A DNA stretch of 63,896 nt, the filler included. It is 6 parts of 6 records of this genome, joined end to end, with 100 filler letters (N's around TTAATTAATTAA, not from the genome) between each part and the next. Parts side by side here need not be neighbours in the genome. Positions count along the whole stretch, not along the records: positions 51,855 to 58,043 come from DRR378314_205; positions 58,144 to 63,896 come from DRR378314_221; 4 more parts are not named here. The stretch is one strand, 5' to 3'. Of this stretch, positions 52,368 to 63,896 are shown in pieces; the stretch's first letter is position 1; each line of letters opens with the position of its first letter. The translations under genes were made by a program, and so were the position numbers. Below the pieces are notes generated by a model, which did not search any database, had not been told where the DNA came from, and was given only the letters and a program-made list of their open reading frames with translations.

Positions 52368-52814
52368 ATGCGACATCTTATTCTGGCTTCAATACTCACA
52401 TTCGGAGGCGCTCTGACCGCCATGGCTGACGACATCATCAAAGTGGAAACCAACAAATCCGTGGCCGAGGCGCTGGACGCGCTCGAAGCTGCCGTGGGCA
52501 ATGCGGGTGCGACCGTCTTTGCGCGCGTTGACCATGCGGCAGGGGCCGAAAAAGTTGGCACGCCCATTCCGCCCAATCAGGTGCTGATCTTCGGCAATCC
52601 CGCGCTGGGTACACCTGCAATGCAGATCGACCCGCGCGCTGGGCTGTTCCTGCCGCTGAAGGTGCAGGCCTATGAGGATGCGAACGGGCAGGTCTGGTTG
52701 GCTTATGAAGATCCGAAAGAGACAATGGATGAGCTTGATGAGGTCGAAAAATCCCCCGTCATCGAGAAAATGCGCGGCGCGCTGGCAAAACTGACAGCCG
52801 CCGCTGCCCAATAA
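52368..52814 (+). CDS. DUF302-domain secreted protein
   Basis: Signal peptide; VFARVDHAAGA, LIFGNPALGTPAMQ, GLFLPLKV. Confidence 0.85.
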   Translation: MRHLILASILTFGGALTAMADDIIKVETNKSVAEALDALEAAVGNAGATVFARVDHAAGAEKVGTPIPPNQVLIFGNPALGTPAMQIDPRAGLFLPLKVQAYEDANGQVWLAYEDPKETMDELDEVEKSPVIEKMRGALAKLTAAAAQ

Positions 52815-52815
52815 C

Positions 52816-53535
52816 TCAGCTTAAGGCGCGAATGGCCTCATTCAGGTCAATCGCGCCGTCATAGAGCGCGCGGCCCGAGATCGCGCCATTCAGCTCAACA
52901 CCACAGTCGCGCAGCGCGATCAGGTCATTCAAAGAGCTGACACCGCCAGAGGCGATAACCGGAATCGAGACCGCGCATGCAAGTGCTGCAGTGGCTTCGA
53001 TGTTCGGCCCCTGCATTGCGCCGTCGCGGTTGATGTCGGTGTAGATAATCGCGGCGACGCCTGCATCTTCGAAGCTGCGTGCCAGATCGGTGACTTGCAC
53101 GTTGGTCTCTTCGGCCCAGCCCTTGGTGGCAACCATGCCGTTGCGCGCGTCGATGCCCACGGCGACCTTGCCGGGAAAGGCTTTGGCCGCCTCGCGCACC
53201 AGATCGGGGTTCTCGACCGCGACGGTACCTAGAATCACCCGCGCCAGCCCTTTGTCGATCCAGGTCTCAATCGTCGCCATGTCGCGGATGCCACCGCCAA
53301 GCTGGGCGGGTACGTTACAGGCCTTCAGGATCGCTTCGACCGGGGCGGCGTTTACCGGTTCCCCGGCAAAGGCTCCGTTCAGGTCGACCAGATGCAGCCA
53401 TTCGCAGCCGGCTTCGACAAAGGTGCGGGCCTGAGCTGCGGGATCTTCGTTGAATACCGTTGCCTTGTCCATTTCACCGCGCAGAAGGCGAACGGCATTG
53501 CCGTCTTTAAGGTCGATGGCGGGGTAGAGGATCAT
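52816..53535 (-). CDS. hisA: ProFAR isomerase
   Basis: [40 protein letters not shown]. Confidence 0.96.
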   Translation of the reverse strand: MILYPAIDLKDGNAVRLLRGEMDKATVFNEDPAAQARTFVEAGCEWLHLVDLNGAFAGEPVNAAPVEAILKACNVPAQLGGGIRDMATIETWIDKGLARVILGTVAVENPDLVREAAKAFPGKVAVGIDARNGMVATKGWAEETNVQVTDLARSFEDAGVAAIIYTDINRDGAMQGPNIEATAALACAVSIPVIASGGVSSLNDLIALRDCGVELNGAISGRALYDGAIDLNEAIRALS

Positions 53536-53669
53536 GTCGGGCGGCCCTATATCACTGTTACACGCGCGGGATATCGCACAGGCCGGGCAGAGGCGCAACG
53601 CGACGCAAAGTCAGTCTTGCCCGGTGCCGAAGGGCAGGTCAGACTGGCCGGAAAGACAGGGAGACAACT

Positions 53670-54071
53670 ATGAAGACATTTACACTCGCAGCGGGTTTTG
53701 CCGCGATAGCAACCACTGCCTTTGCCGCCGATCCTGTGGACGGTCTTTGGAAGACCGCTCCGGGGGATACGGGCGGATATCTGCATGTGTCGATTGCCGA
53801 GTGCGGCAGCGCCATCTGTGGAACGATCGATACCGCCTTTGACGCGGATGGAAACGAGCAGCTGGAATATGAGAATCTGGGCAAGCAGATCATTTGGGAC
53901 ATGATTCCCGAAGGTGGTGGCAGCTATGACGACGGAAAAATCTGGGCACCGGATCGGGACAAAACATACAGCTCGAAGATGACACTGGACGGCCAGAACA
54001 AGTTGACCGTCAAAGGATGCGCTGTCGGTGGTCTGGTGTGCCGCGGGCAGGTCTGGACCCGCGTCGAGTAA
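53670..54071 (+). CDS. DUF2147-domain secreted protein
   Basis: Signal peptide; G.WKT, I.ECG..ICG, GKIWAPDRDKTYSSKM, CRGQVWTRV. Confidence 0.85.
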   Translation: MKTFTLAAGFAAIATTAFAADPVDGLWKTAPGDTGGYLHVSIAECGSAICGTIDTAFDADGNEQLEYENLGKQIIWDMIPEGGGSYDDGKIWAPDRDKTYSSKMTLDGQNKLTVKGCAVGGLVCRGQVWTRVE

Positions 54072-54075
54072 CCTC

Positions 54076-54714
54076 TCAGGGCGTCCAGGTCAGGAAGTTC
54101 CCGATAATCCGCAGGCCCACACCCTGGCTTTTCTCGGGATGGAACTGCATCCCGACCATCGTGTCGCGGCCGATCACGGCCGTGACCTCTTGACCATAGT
54201 CCACATAGGCTAATCGTTGCTGTGGGTCCGTCACTCGGAAGTGATAGGAGTGGACGAAATAGGCGTGATCGCCCGATGTCACACCGGCAAAGACCGGGTG
54301 ATCGCTTTCCAATACCAGATCATTCCAGCCCATATGCGGAACCTTCAGGGCGTTGTCTGATGGCTTGATCTTCACAACTTCCCCGGCCACCCAACCTAGA
54401 CCATCGGTCTCGCGATATTCGTGTCCCTTCGAGGCCATCAGCTGCATGCCAACGCAAATACCCAGAAACGGGCGACCATTCTGTTCAACCGCCTCCACCA
54501 TAGCGTCATAAATGCCCTTGTGCCCTCGCAACTCGGCAGCACAAGCCGGGAAAGCCCCATCTCCTGGCAGCACAAGACGATCTGCACGCGCGACAACCTC
54601 TGCATCCGAGGTCACGACAACCTCACCTGCATTCATTTCACGCGCCATACGCTGAAACGCCTTTTCCGCAGAATGCAGATTGCCCGACTCATAATCAATG
54701 ATCGCAGTCAACAT
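54076..54714 (-). CDS. hisH: Imidazole glycerol phosphate synthase glutaminase subunit
   Basis: DYESGNLHS, LPGDGAF, GICVGMQ, VPHMGWN, YFVHSY, QFHPEKS. Confidence 0.96.
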   Translation of the reverse strand: MLTAIIDYESGNLHSAEKAFQRMAREMNAGEVVVTSDAEVVARADRLVLPGDGAFPACAAELRGHKGIYDAMVEAVEQNGRPFLGICVGMQLMASKGHEYRETDGLGWVAGEVVKIKPSDNALKVPHMGWNDLVLESDHPVFAGVTSGDHAYFVHSYHFRVTDPQQRLAYVDYGQEVTAVIGRDTMVGMQFHPEKSQGVGLRIIGNFLTWTP

Positions 54715-54728
54715 GATACGGCCCAGTT

Positions 54729-54791
54729 CTTCTTCTTGTTCCAAATACGGCGGGGTGAATTGGCTGCAAGCCAAGAGGGGCAGCGCCCCTC
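54729..54791. repeat. Rhodobacteraceae-type intergenic palindromic repeat element
   Basis: CTTCTTCTTGTTCCAAATAC leader followed by hairpins TTGGC-TGCAA-GCCAA and GAGGGGC-AGC-GCCCCTC. Confidence 0.55.
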
Positions 54792-54802
54792 ACACCGGCA
54801 CC

Positions 54803-55390
54803 CTATAACGCGCCCTTGGTGGACGGAATCGCATCCGCCTTGCGCGGGTCTGTATCAACCGCCAGCCGCAACGCCCGTGCAACTGCCTTGAAAGCCGCCT
54901 CGGCAATGTGGTGGCTGTTGAAGCCGTGCAACTGGTCGATGTGCAACGTGATGCCGCCATGGGTGCTGAGCGCTTGAAAAAACTCGCGCACCAGTTCGGT
55001 GTCGAATGTACCAATCTTGTGTGTCGGCAGATCGACATTCCAGATCAAGAACGGACGCCCCGACAGATCCAGCGCGCAGCGCACCTGAGCATCATCCATC
55101 GGCAGGTGGCACTCGCCATAGCGACGGATGCCTTTTTTGTCGCCCAGAGCCTGTGTAAGCGCCTGACCCAAAGCAATCCCGGTATCTTCAACCGTGTGGT
55201 GATCATCGATGTGGTAATCGCCTTTGGCGCGGATCGTCATGTCGATCAGCGAATGGCGCGCCAACTGGTCCAGCATATGGTCAAAGAACCCTACACCAGT
55301 CTGGTTGTCATACTGGCCGGTGCCGTCCAGATTGACCTCGACAGAGATCTCGGTCTCGGCGGTCTGACGGCTGATCTTAGCGCTGCGCAT
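54803..55390 (-). CDS. hisB: Imidazoleglycerol-phosphate dehydratase
   Basis: [35 protein letters not shown]. Confidence 0.97.
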   Translation of the reverse strand: MRSAKISRQTAETEISVEVNLDGTGQYDNQTGVGFFDHMLDQLARHSLIDMTIRAKGDYHIDDHHTVEDTGIALGQALTQALGDKKGIRRYGECHLPMDDAQVRCALDLSGRPFLIWNVDLPTHKIGTFDTELVREFFQALSTHGGITLHIDQLHGFNSHHIAEAAFKAVARALRLAVDTDPRKADAIPSTKGAL

Positions 55391-55544
55391 GGGCGAATTC
55401 CTTTTGCTACAGGGGCGCTTATAGACGCGGATGGGCGGCCTATCCAGACCGCTTGACGCGTTCGATGCAAACTGTTGCGGGGGATTGCACCCACGCGCCG
55501 CCCGTGCCAGCCTGCGCACAACACGAACCAACAAGGCACGGCCC

Positions 55545-55784
55545 ATGTCCACCTGCGTTTTCATCCAGATCCGCTGCAAACCCGGTAGCACCTACAAAGT
55601 GGCCGAGGAAATCGCCCTGCGCGAAATCCATTCCGAGCTGTACTCCACAAGCGGCGAATACGATCTAATGCTGAAACTCTATATCCCCGAAACCGAGGAT
55701 GTCGGCCATTTCATCAACGAAAATCTGCTGGTGATTCCAAATATCGAACGTTCGCTGACCACGATGACGTTCAAGGTGTTTTAA
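55545..55784 (+). CDS. Stand-alone Lrp/AsnC ligand-binding (RAM) domain protein
   Basis: 79 aa; [14 protein letters not shown]; no HTH. Confidence 0.8.
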   Translation: MSTCVFIQIRCKPGSTYKVAEEIALREIHSELYSTSGEYDLMLKLYIPETEDVGHFINENLLVIPNIERSLTTMTFKVF

Positions 55785-56647
55785 CCCAGCTCGAACGTCG
55801 TCACGCCGAAGATCCGGTTCAGATCGATCTCTGGTTCGTGATCCGAATACATCCGCGCGGTTTCAAAGACCTTCTCCAACCCCAGCGCATCGGCCAGTGC
55901 GAAGGCGGCGGCGTTGGGTTGAGGCATGTCGATGAATATCTCTTGCTCTGCGTGATCCTCTGGTATGGTGCTCAGCACCGAGGCCAGCAGCGCCTGCGCA
56001 ATCTCAGAGCTATCCGCAAAAAGCGGCCCGATCTTGTAACCGGTCTGACACGGGCGAAGCGTCACATAGCCCCTGATCGCACCATTTTCAGTGAACACGC
56101 GCGACGCATGGCTGGGCGCGCTCAGCCAGTCATTCAGGAAAACACCGCGCGGGGCAGGGAACAGGGCGCGATCATAAGTCGTCAGATCCTCTGTGGCGCT
56201 GGTCAGCGAAGCGATATTTGCCTGGGGTTGCGGCCCGAGCGCCGCCAGGATTCCGTTCTTCGTTCCGGTAAAGCGATAGTTGTTGTAGGCAAAGCTAAAG
56301 CCGGACTTGCGATAGTTGTCCTGTTGCTCGACCACACCATCCAGCCCCATATTACGCCCTTCACAATGGGCCAGCGCGCGTTGGGCAATTTCTAATCCGT
56401 GACCTGATCCGCGAAACTCGGGCCGCACGATGTAGAATCCCAGGAACGAAAACGCATCGTCATAGTTTACCGCTGAAACCGATGCGATCATCTCGCCATC
56501 CAGAAACCCGCCCAGAAAACCATCCGGGTCCGTTGGGCGAAAGCACTCGGCATCATGTACCCCCGGGTTCCACCCCTCGCGCCCGGCCCAATCCACGGCG
56601 TGCTGCAGCTCGGCTGCGGTGAGCGGGCGTATATCATAGCGGGGCAT
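55781..56647 (-). CDS. Tandem GNAT N-acetyltransferase (YitH-like)
   Basis: [64 protein letters not shown]. Confidence 0.85.
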   Translation of the reverse strand: MPRYDIRPLTAAELQHAVDWAGREGWNPGVHDAECFRPTDPDGFLGGFLDGEMIASVSAVNYDDAFSFLGFYIVRPEFRGSGHGLEIAQRALAHCEGRNMGLDGVVEQQDNYRKSGFSFAYNNYRFTGTKNGILAALGPQPQANIASLTSATEDLTTYDRALFPAPRGVFLNDWLSAPSHASRVFTENGAIRGYVTLRPCQTGYKIGPLFADSSEIAQALLASVLSTIPEDHAEQEIFIDMPQPNAAAFALADALGLEKVFETARMYSDHEPEIDLNRIFGVTTFELG

Positions 56648-56649
56648 CT

Positions 56650-57897
56650 TCAAACTCCTGTTTGCGCTGTGAACCTGGACCGGCTCGCATTGTCCAGTAT
56701 CGCGATCGCCTCGATCTCGATCACCATGTCTTTGTAAATCAGCGCGGGCACGGGAATACCTGTGGTGGCCGGGCCAGGCGCAGAATATGAACCTGACCGG
56801 ATCAGTAGATTCTCGTGCAAGGCCTCAGCCGAAGCGTTGCCCTGGTAGAAGGTCGTGACCTTGACAATATTGTCGAGCGTTGCTCCGAACTCGGCCAGCA
56901 CTCGTGAGAGATTGTCCATCGCGACGCGGGTCTGGGCAACCATATCTGCGGGGTGAACCACATTCGCCGCGCTATCCAGGGCAACCTGACCGCCGATGTG
57001 GATGATGTTATCGCACAGATTTCCGTGTTTATATGGCAGAGGTGCGGTCCAGGTCCAATGACCCTGGGGCCAGGAAAACCGCTTTGTCTCGGTTGAACAG
57101 ATTGCTGTTGCAGCGATTTTGACGGTCAATCCATCTTGAGCAAACCGCGGCACGGGTATGCCAGTGGCAGCCGGGCCGGGATCTGAGAAATATTCGGCGC
57201 GCAGGCGGACAGAGCGATCCCAATTGCTGCCCAGCATATCGTCCTGATAAAAGGTGTTCAGTTTGACCACGTCCTCGAAATCCGCCCCAACCGCGGCCAA
57301 TGCTCGTCCCAGACGTTCCATCGTTTGGGCGGTTTGCGCCGGGACATCCTCGGGGTTTGCAACCGTTCCCTGTGGGGTCAGGGCCGAGACTTCGCCGGTG
57401 AACACCATATTCCTTGCGCGAACGACATGTGAAAACGCAGGTGGAACAGGCGGCATATCGTCACGGCGCAGGCATTGACGTGGAATGCGCGTGCCGTCAG
57501 CGTCGCGCATGGCCACGCCTTCGATTTCGATCAACATATCCGGATAACAAAGTTCGGGCATATTGATCATGCTAATCACCGGCTGTGCCTTCGCGCCGAT
57601 GATTTGCGCCAATTGATCCATCAGGCGGGATTCATCTGCGGCATCGCCCACATAGTAGACCACCAAGCGCACCAGATCGTCGAAATCGACGTCCAAATCT
57701 TGAAGCAATGTCGCCATGTAGGCCATTGCGTTGGCGCATTGAGTTGGTAAATCGCCAATATTGCGCACGTTTCCCTGCGCATCCAGATCGACTTGACCAC
57801 CGGTAAAGATCAGCTCGCCTGCACGCACCGCATGGTGGTGGGTCAGCTTGATGGGCCAATCCCAATGCCCGTCGGGGAAACTGTATCGCCTGGCCAA
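56650..57897 (-). CDS. Protein with three tandem RidA/YjgF/UK114 domains
   Basis: Three IF/VF/IH-x-G-G/E-Q/V-V motifs, D/N-x-V-K/R motifs and IEIE-like C-terminal strands; GGGAGG RBS before TTG 57897. Confidence 0.82.
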   Translation of the reverse strand: MARRYSFPDGHWDWPIKLTHHHAVRAGELIFTGGQVDLDAQGNVRNIGDLPTQCANAMAYMATLLQDLDVDFDDLVRLVVYYVGDAADESRLMDQLAQIIGAKAQPVISMINMPELCYPDMLIEIEGVAMRDADGTRIPRQCLRRDDMPPVPPAFSHVVRARNMVFTGEVSALTPQGTVANPEDVPAQTAQTMERLGRALAAVGADFEDVVKLNTFYQDDMLGSNWDRSVRLRAEYFSDPGPAATGIPVPRFAQDGLTVKIAATAICSTETKRFSWPQGHWTWTAPLPYKHGNLCDNIIHIGGQVALDSAANVVHPADMVAQTRVAMDNLSRVLAEFGATLDNIVKVTTFYQGNASAEALHENLLIRSGSYSAPGPATTGIPVPALIYKDMVIEIEAIAILDNASRSRFTAQTGV

Positions 57898-58013
57898 ATC
57901 GGTCCTCCCTGAATGCAACAACGCACGGGGACTAAAGCGAAATCAAATCCAAAGCGCAACGCACTACGGGAGAGAGTTGGAGAAAGAATGTGCAGACTGG
58001 GACGTTTCGTATC

Positions 58014-58043
58014 TGGAGCGGGCGAGGCGATTCGAACGCCCGA
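58014..58043 (-). tRNA. tRNA-Gly, 3' fragment (T-arm, acceptor stem, CCA), cut by contig end
   Basis: Reverse complement TCGGGCGTTCGAATCGCCTCGCCCGCTCCA: GTTCGAATC T-loop, CGCCCGC-U-CCA glycine-type acceptor. Anticodon not in window. Confidence 0.75.
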
Positions 58044-58143
58044 NNNNNNNNNNNNNNNNNNNNNNNNNNNNNNNNNNNNNNNNNNNNTTAATTAATTAAN
58101 NNNNNNNNNNNNNNNNNNNNNNNNNNNNNNNNNNNNNNNNNNN
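58044..58143. other. Artificial contig spacer
   Basis: N44-TTAATTAATTAA-N44. Confidence 0.99.
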
Positions 58144-58169
58144 AGAGAGAGAGAGAGAGAGAGAGAGAG
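58144..58169. repeat. (AG)13 microsatellite at the eukaryotic contig start
   Basis: Read directly. Confidence 0.95.
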
Positions 58170-58265
58170 CCGCGTTGCTTTGCTCTGCTTTGCGGGGCGG
58201 CAGAGAGCAAAGCACGCCAGCGCAATCCACCGCCACTTGCCCTGATTCATATGTAGAGAACGCAC

Positions 58266-59030
58266 AGTTTCCGCTACATTCGATTCCATTTTGGCCTTTG
58301 GGGCAGCTGGAGCTTTCTGAACAATCGTCTGCACAAAGATTGGGCGAAACAATTGCACGCGTCGGCTACAACCTAAGAGCGTAGCTCGCGCCCAACACGG
58401 AGTGAGTACGGAACTCCAACCACGCAAAACCAACCCTATGAGGGTCACAGTATCGTCGAGAGCCGCGTACAACTATCAAACAGACAATGTCAGAAACGTT
58501 GTGCAGGTCCAACGCCAGGCAAAGATAGATATGGTAGGGTTGGTGAGTGGCACGCTTCCTCCGTAATGCCATCCCCTCTCCCGCTGGTGCCAAGGAACGT
58601 CCTGTAGAAACCAAAGGTCCGCCAGTAGCACCTCTGCAGTCCTCGTTTGCCGCTGCGCACCTCCACCATATCCAGGGAAGCAGCTGCACTCGCCAGCAAA
58701 GCAATACCCATTCATATACCCGGAGCATTCATCACCATCTTCGTTCTTGGGACATTCTGGTAACCCGCGAGCGTTTTCAAAATATCACAAGGCGCAGGAG
58801 TAAGCATTCCCGCATGCCATGGTACGGGGAGAGGAAGCACGCTGGCTGGGCCCCGCTGCTGTGCTTAGGGGAGGATTCTCCCATCCACTTGCGGCTGTGC
58901 GTCACAAGCAGGTGAAAATGGTGGATATACAGGGAATTCCTCTGGACGCCGCACGAAACAACGTACCTTGAGCGATGCTTATACCAACGAGAATCGACGT
59001 ACACACGACCAAAAGGCATCGGAGCTCCAT
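58266..59030 (-). CDS. Eukaryotic spliced gene: secreted tenascin-type EGF-repeat protein (first three exons; continues off contig)
   Basis: Exons 59030-58967, 58756-58661, 58328-58266 with GT..AG phase-1 introns give MELRCLLVVCTSILVGISIAQ-ECPKNEDGDECSGYMNGYCFAGECSCFPGYGG-DDCSESSSCPKGQNGIECSGN. Confidence 0.75.
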
Positions 59031-61428
59031 TGTGATACAGACAAGGAAGCGTTCCTCTTGCGACTCAAGTACTGGAATTGCCCCGCTTGTCCCCCTGCCA
59101 AGCGGCTGTCCAAGCACAAGCACCTTCTCGAGGTACATTGAAGGACGGGAAACGGCGAAAACGAATGGCACACAAATGCACGCTCATAGTCTCATCATGC
59201 GGAAATGAACAACTGCTCCGGCGATGGCTGACCTCCTTTCATGAGCTACACACACACACCACGCAGCGCACCGCTGCCAATGACGCAGTGTTCCAGCGCT
59301 TGACACTACGAGTATGGGAAACAGGTTTACTGAGCAGTAAAGTAGCACGCTGCCCACCTTGGCATCAGGAAAAGTGGAAACAAGCATCCGCATACTACCT
59401 ATTCATGGCGCCCATCGCGCGGCATACGCCCGTGGTCTCGCTTCAACAAAAATGCCATTTGCCTAGAAGGAACGTCGCCCATGCCCTTGGCATCTGCACG
59501 CTTTACACAGCGTGATCAGTTCCAGCCAGCTATTTGCTCTCCTATTCTACCTCTCTACTCCAAAGTACGATCGTATTCCTCATCGTCGTGTGTATTGGAA
59601 TGTACTCGTTATACTCAGAGTGGAAACGGACGCACAGAGTAATAGATCTTGAAAGTCCCTCGACTCTGGCTTTCATTCTGCTGCACGTATCACAGCAGCA
59701 GCAGCCATCCCCGCGGCACCCCTCACCGCAGCTTGACCAGAGCAGTGCTACCACAGGCAATGTGGACCGGTTTCGCAATATTACTGCAGCTTGCTTGAAT
59801 TTAGTGCAGGATTAAGTCTCTTCAATGATAAAAGGTACCCGATTATGGCCTAACCCTAATTTTTCGCTTTCTCGAGCCCTCAACGCAAGGTAGGCGCCTC
59901 GCCACCAGGGTATGAAAAGGGAGTGCAGAGCCCGTACGCGGGGAGGAGAACAAATCTCTCCAGGTGGGAATGCAGCCACTGTTCCAAAGTGGGCATGGGA
60001 AATTTTCGAAGTAAACCGTGCCCATATTGGCTCCTTGAGTACGCCAAAAGAATGACGCGTCCATCGCAGTTATGGGGGAACACTTGCCGGCTCGGAATGT
60101 CAACGCTGGCCCAACTCGTGCTCCGGTGCCACTCGCATCGCACGGCCCATGGCGATTCCCGATCGCACGCCGGTAGTCAATCACGCGTAGGAGACAAGCG
60201 ACGTCTCCGCCTCCCCGCGGACCACCAACCCCCCGCCCACGACTTAACGGAATAACACAATGACGATTATAGTATATGACGTGTAGGACAAGGTGAATCA
60301 GCAGTGGTCTTCAAGATCCCGCGCAAGACGGTGCGCGTGCACACCACATACGATGGCACACAAGCGGTGTCTCTGTCGACGGAAATGCTCCCGGAGCCGC
60401 AGAATTCTATCCGCTTGGGTGCGAGGGCTGGCCTACGCAAGGCGCATTCCCCGCGACAGGCATGCCAGAAATGCCGAATATCATCACACCAGCTGTCCGC
60501 AAAGGAGTTGAAAGTGTAACAACATGGCATTCCTATGGTATTCGCTCGCTGATCGCCTCTGTTGCAGCGGCTCTCAGGAATCATCCGAGAGCCGGTGCTG
60601 CGAAAAGCCGAACGCGCCGAGGCTGCACCCGGGGTAAGTGCGGCTCCCTACGACAACCCTGCTATATTGCTATTGCGCGTAGACACGTTCTCGTAACACC
60701 GATGCAACGAGCAATTTACCAACCTCGTTTATCATAACAAGACACGCACGCACTGCGCAAGTGTAGGGACGAATACTCTCGCGCCAAGAAGTGCGCCTGT
60801 GCCGTACTCACCCTGGGCCACAGAAAAGCACGCTTGCCCGCTTGCACAAGCTGCAGCGCCTTGCTGAAGCAAGAACCGCACGCCTCGTTGCGACCAACGT
60901 GCCACTCGCACACACGCAACACAAGTGCACAGGCGCCTGTATTCGGATCAAAGGAGAACCAAGTCCAGAAAAGTGGCTTGGAATCTGATTTTTGGTAGGG
61001 AATACCTGTCAAACGTAGATGCCAGTAGCGGGGCCGGCGGCTCTGTAAACCCCCAGCAACTACCACGTACAACCCAACGCTGTATGCCATCGCCACGCAC
61101 CGACGCACAGCTTTTGCATGGACGTTCGGATACCTGAGTAGCCCTTTATGCTCAACCGGGACTGCAGGGACAATCGCAGCGCCTGCCGCTCTCAGGTCGC
61201 CAACCCCTTTCTGCCGCGACCTCCCAAGCCCTGGCCTGCCCAACCGCGCAATCGCATCCGAGAACAAGGCAAGCACCTCGCTCTCCGCTTTGCGCGTAGC
61301 TGATGGTCGTGCACACGGCGGCCGCACGAGTAGCCAGTTTTCTTGCAGCCTGTGTTTTTCCGCCTGCACCTGCGTGCCCAGGCGTCGTCACAAGCCTGCT
61401 CCCTCTCTCCCGCCACCCTTGATACACG

Positions 61429-63688
<2,260 letters not shown>

Positions 63689-63869
63689 GTACGACAGCCG
63701 CGATGCACACGTGAAATGTGGGAAGCGCCCGTGTTGGCTGACGCTCTTTCCACTGTATTGGCAGGCTGGAAGAGCTCGGACTATAAACTTTGATAGACGG
63801 TGTGCACGTCTAGTCGCTCGCTTGCATCTGGCACCTTCCCGTCACTGGCACCAAAGCAAAAAGATCGAT

Positions 63870-63896
63870 CAAACAAACAAGCAAACAAGCAAACAA
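63870..63896. repeat. CAAA/CAAG simple tandem repeat at window end
   Basis: CAAACAAACAAGCAAACAAGCAAACAA. Confidence 0.85.

Noticed and set aside
51855-55390. his genes interrupted by opposite-strand DUF302 and DUF2147 genes
   Set aside because: Interspersed small genes are commonplace in Rhodobacteraceae his regions.
59534-59815. 93-aa ORF with a hydrophobic stretch in the eukaryotic contig
   Set aside because: Non-ATG start, no recognisable domain; probably intergenic.
59849-59859. CCTAACCCTAA telomere-like sequence
   Set aside because: Under two units and internal; at most a telo-box-like promoter motif.

Overview
The window is not one locus. It is six unrelated contigs joined by 100-nt spacers (44 N + TTAATTAATTAA + 44 N). 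(1) 1-14443, Rhodobacteraceae-like: frcRBCAK fructose/mannose ABC operon with a D-lyxose/mannose isomerase, a TauE exporter and GntR, an orphan ORF6N-domain gene, and a sulfoquinovose monooxygenase (smoCBA) cluster with a TRAP transporter. (2) 14544-22062, high-GC gammaproteobacterium (Alcanivorax-like by inference): surE, an acyl-CoA ligase and a Liv-type ABC transporter. (3) 22163-28064, similar gammaproteobacterium: lolD, DUF2062, comEC, exbBD-like genes, msbA. (4) 28165-51754, Roseobacter-like: mfd, hemB, a penicillin-acylase-family gene and rluE, then an ~11.5-kb accessory amide-utilisation island, then class II DAHP synthase and a GlxA regulator. The island encodes MarR, an AmiC-like sensor, a flotillin, a Urt/Liv-type ABC importer whose second ATPase is fused in frame to an amidase, and an acyl-CoA synthetase. 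(5) 51855-58043, Roseobacter-like: hisBHAF, a GNAT, a single-chain triple-RidA protein and the 3' end of tRNA-Gly. (6) 58144-63896, eukaryotic DNA: a spliced EGF-repeat secreted-protein gene and a spliced arginyl-tRNA synthetase gene. The best candidate for an undescribed system is the flotillin/ABC-ATPase-amidase-fusion island with its three repeated operator boxes. All family and taxon assignments come from motif recognition and recalled sequences, not database searches.
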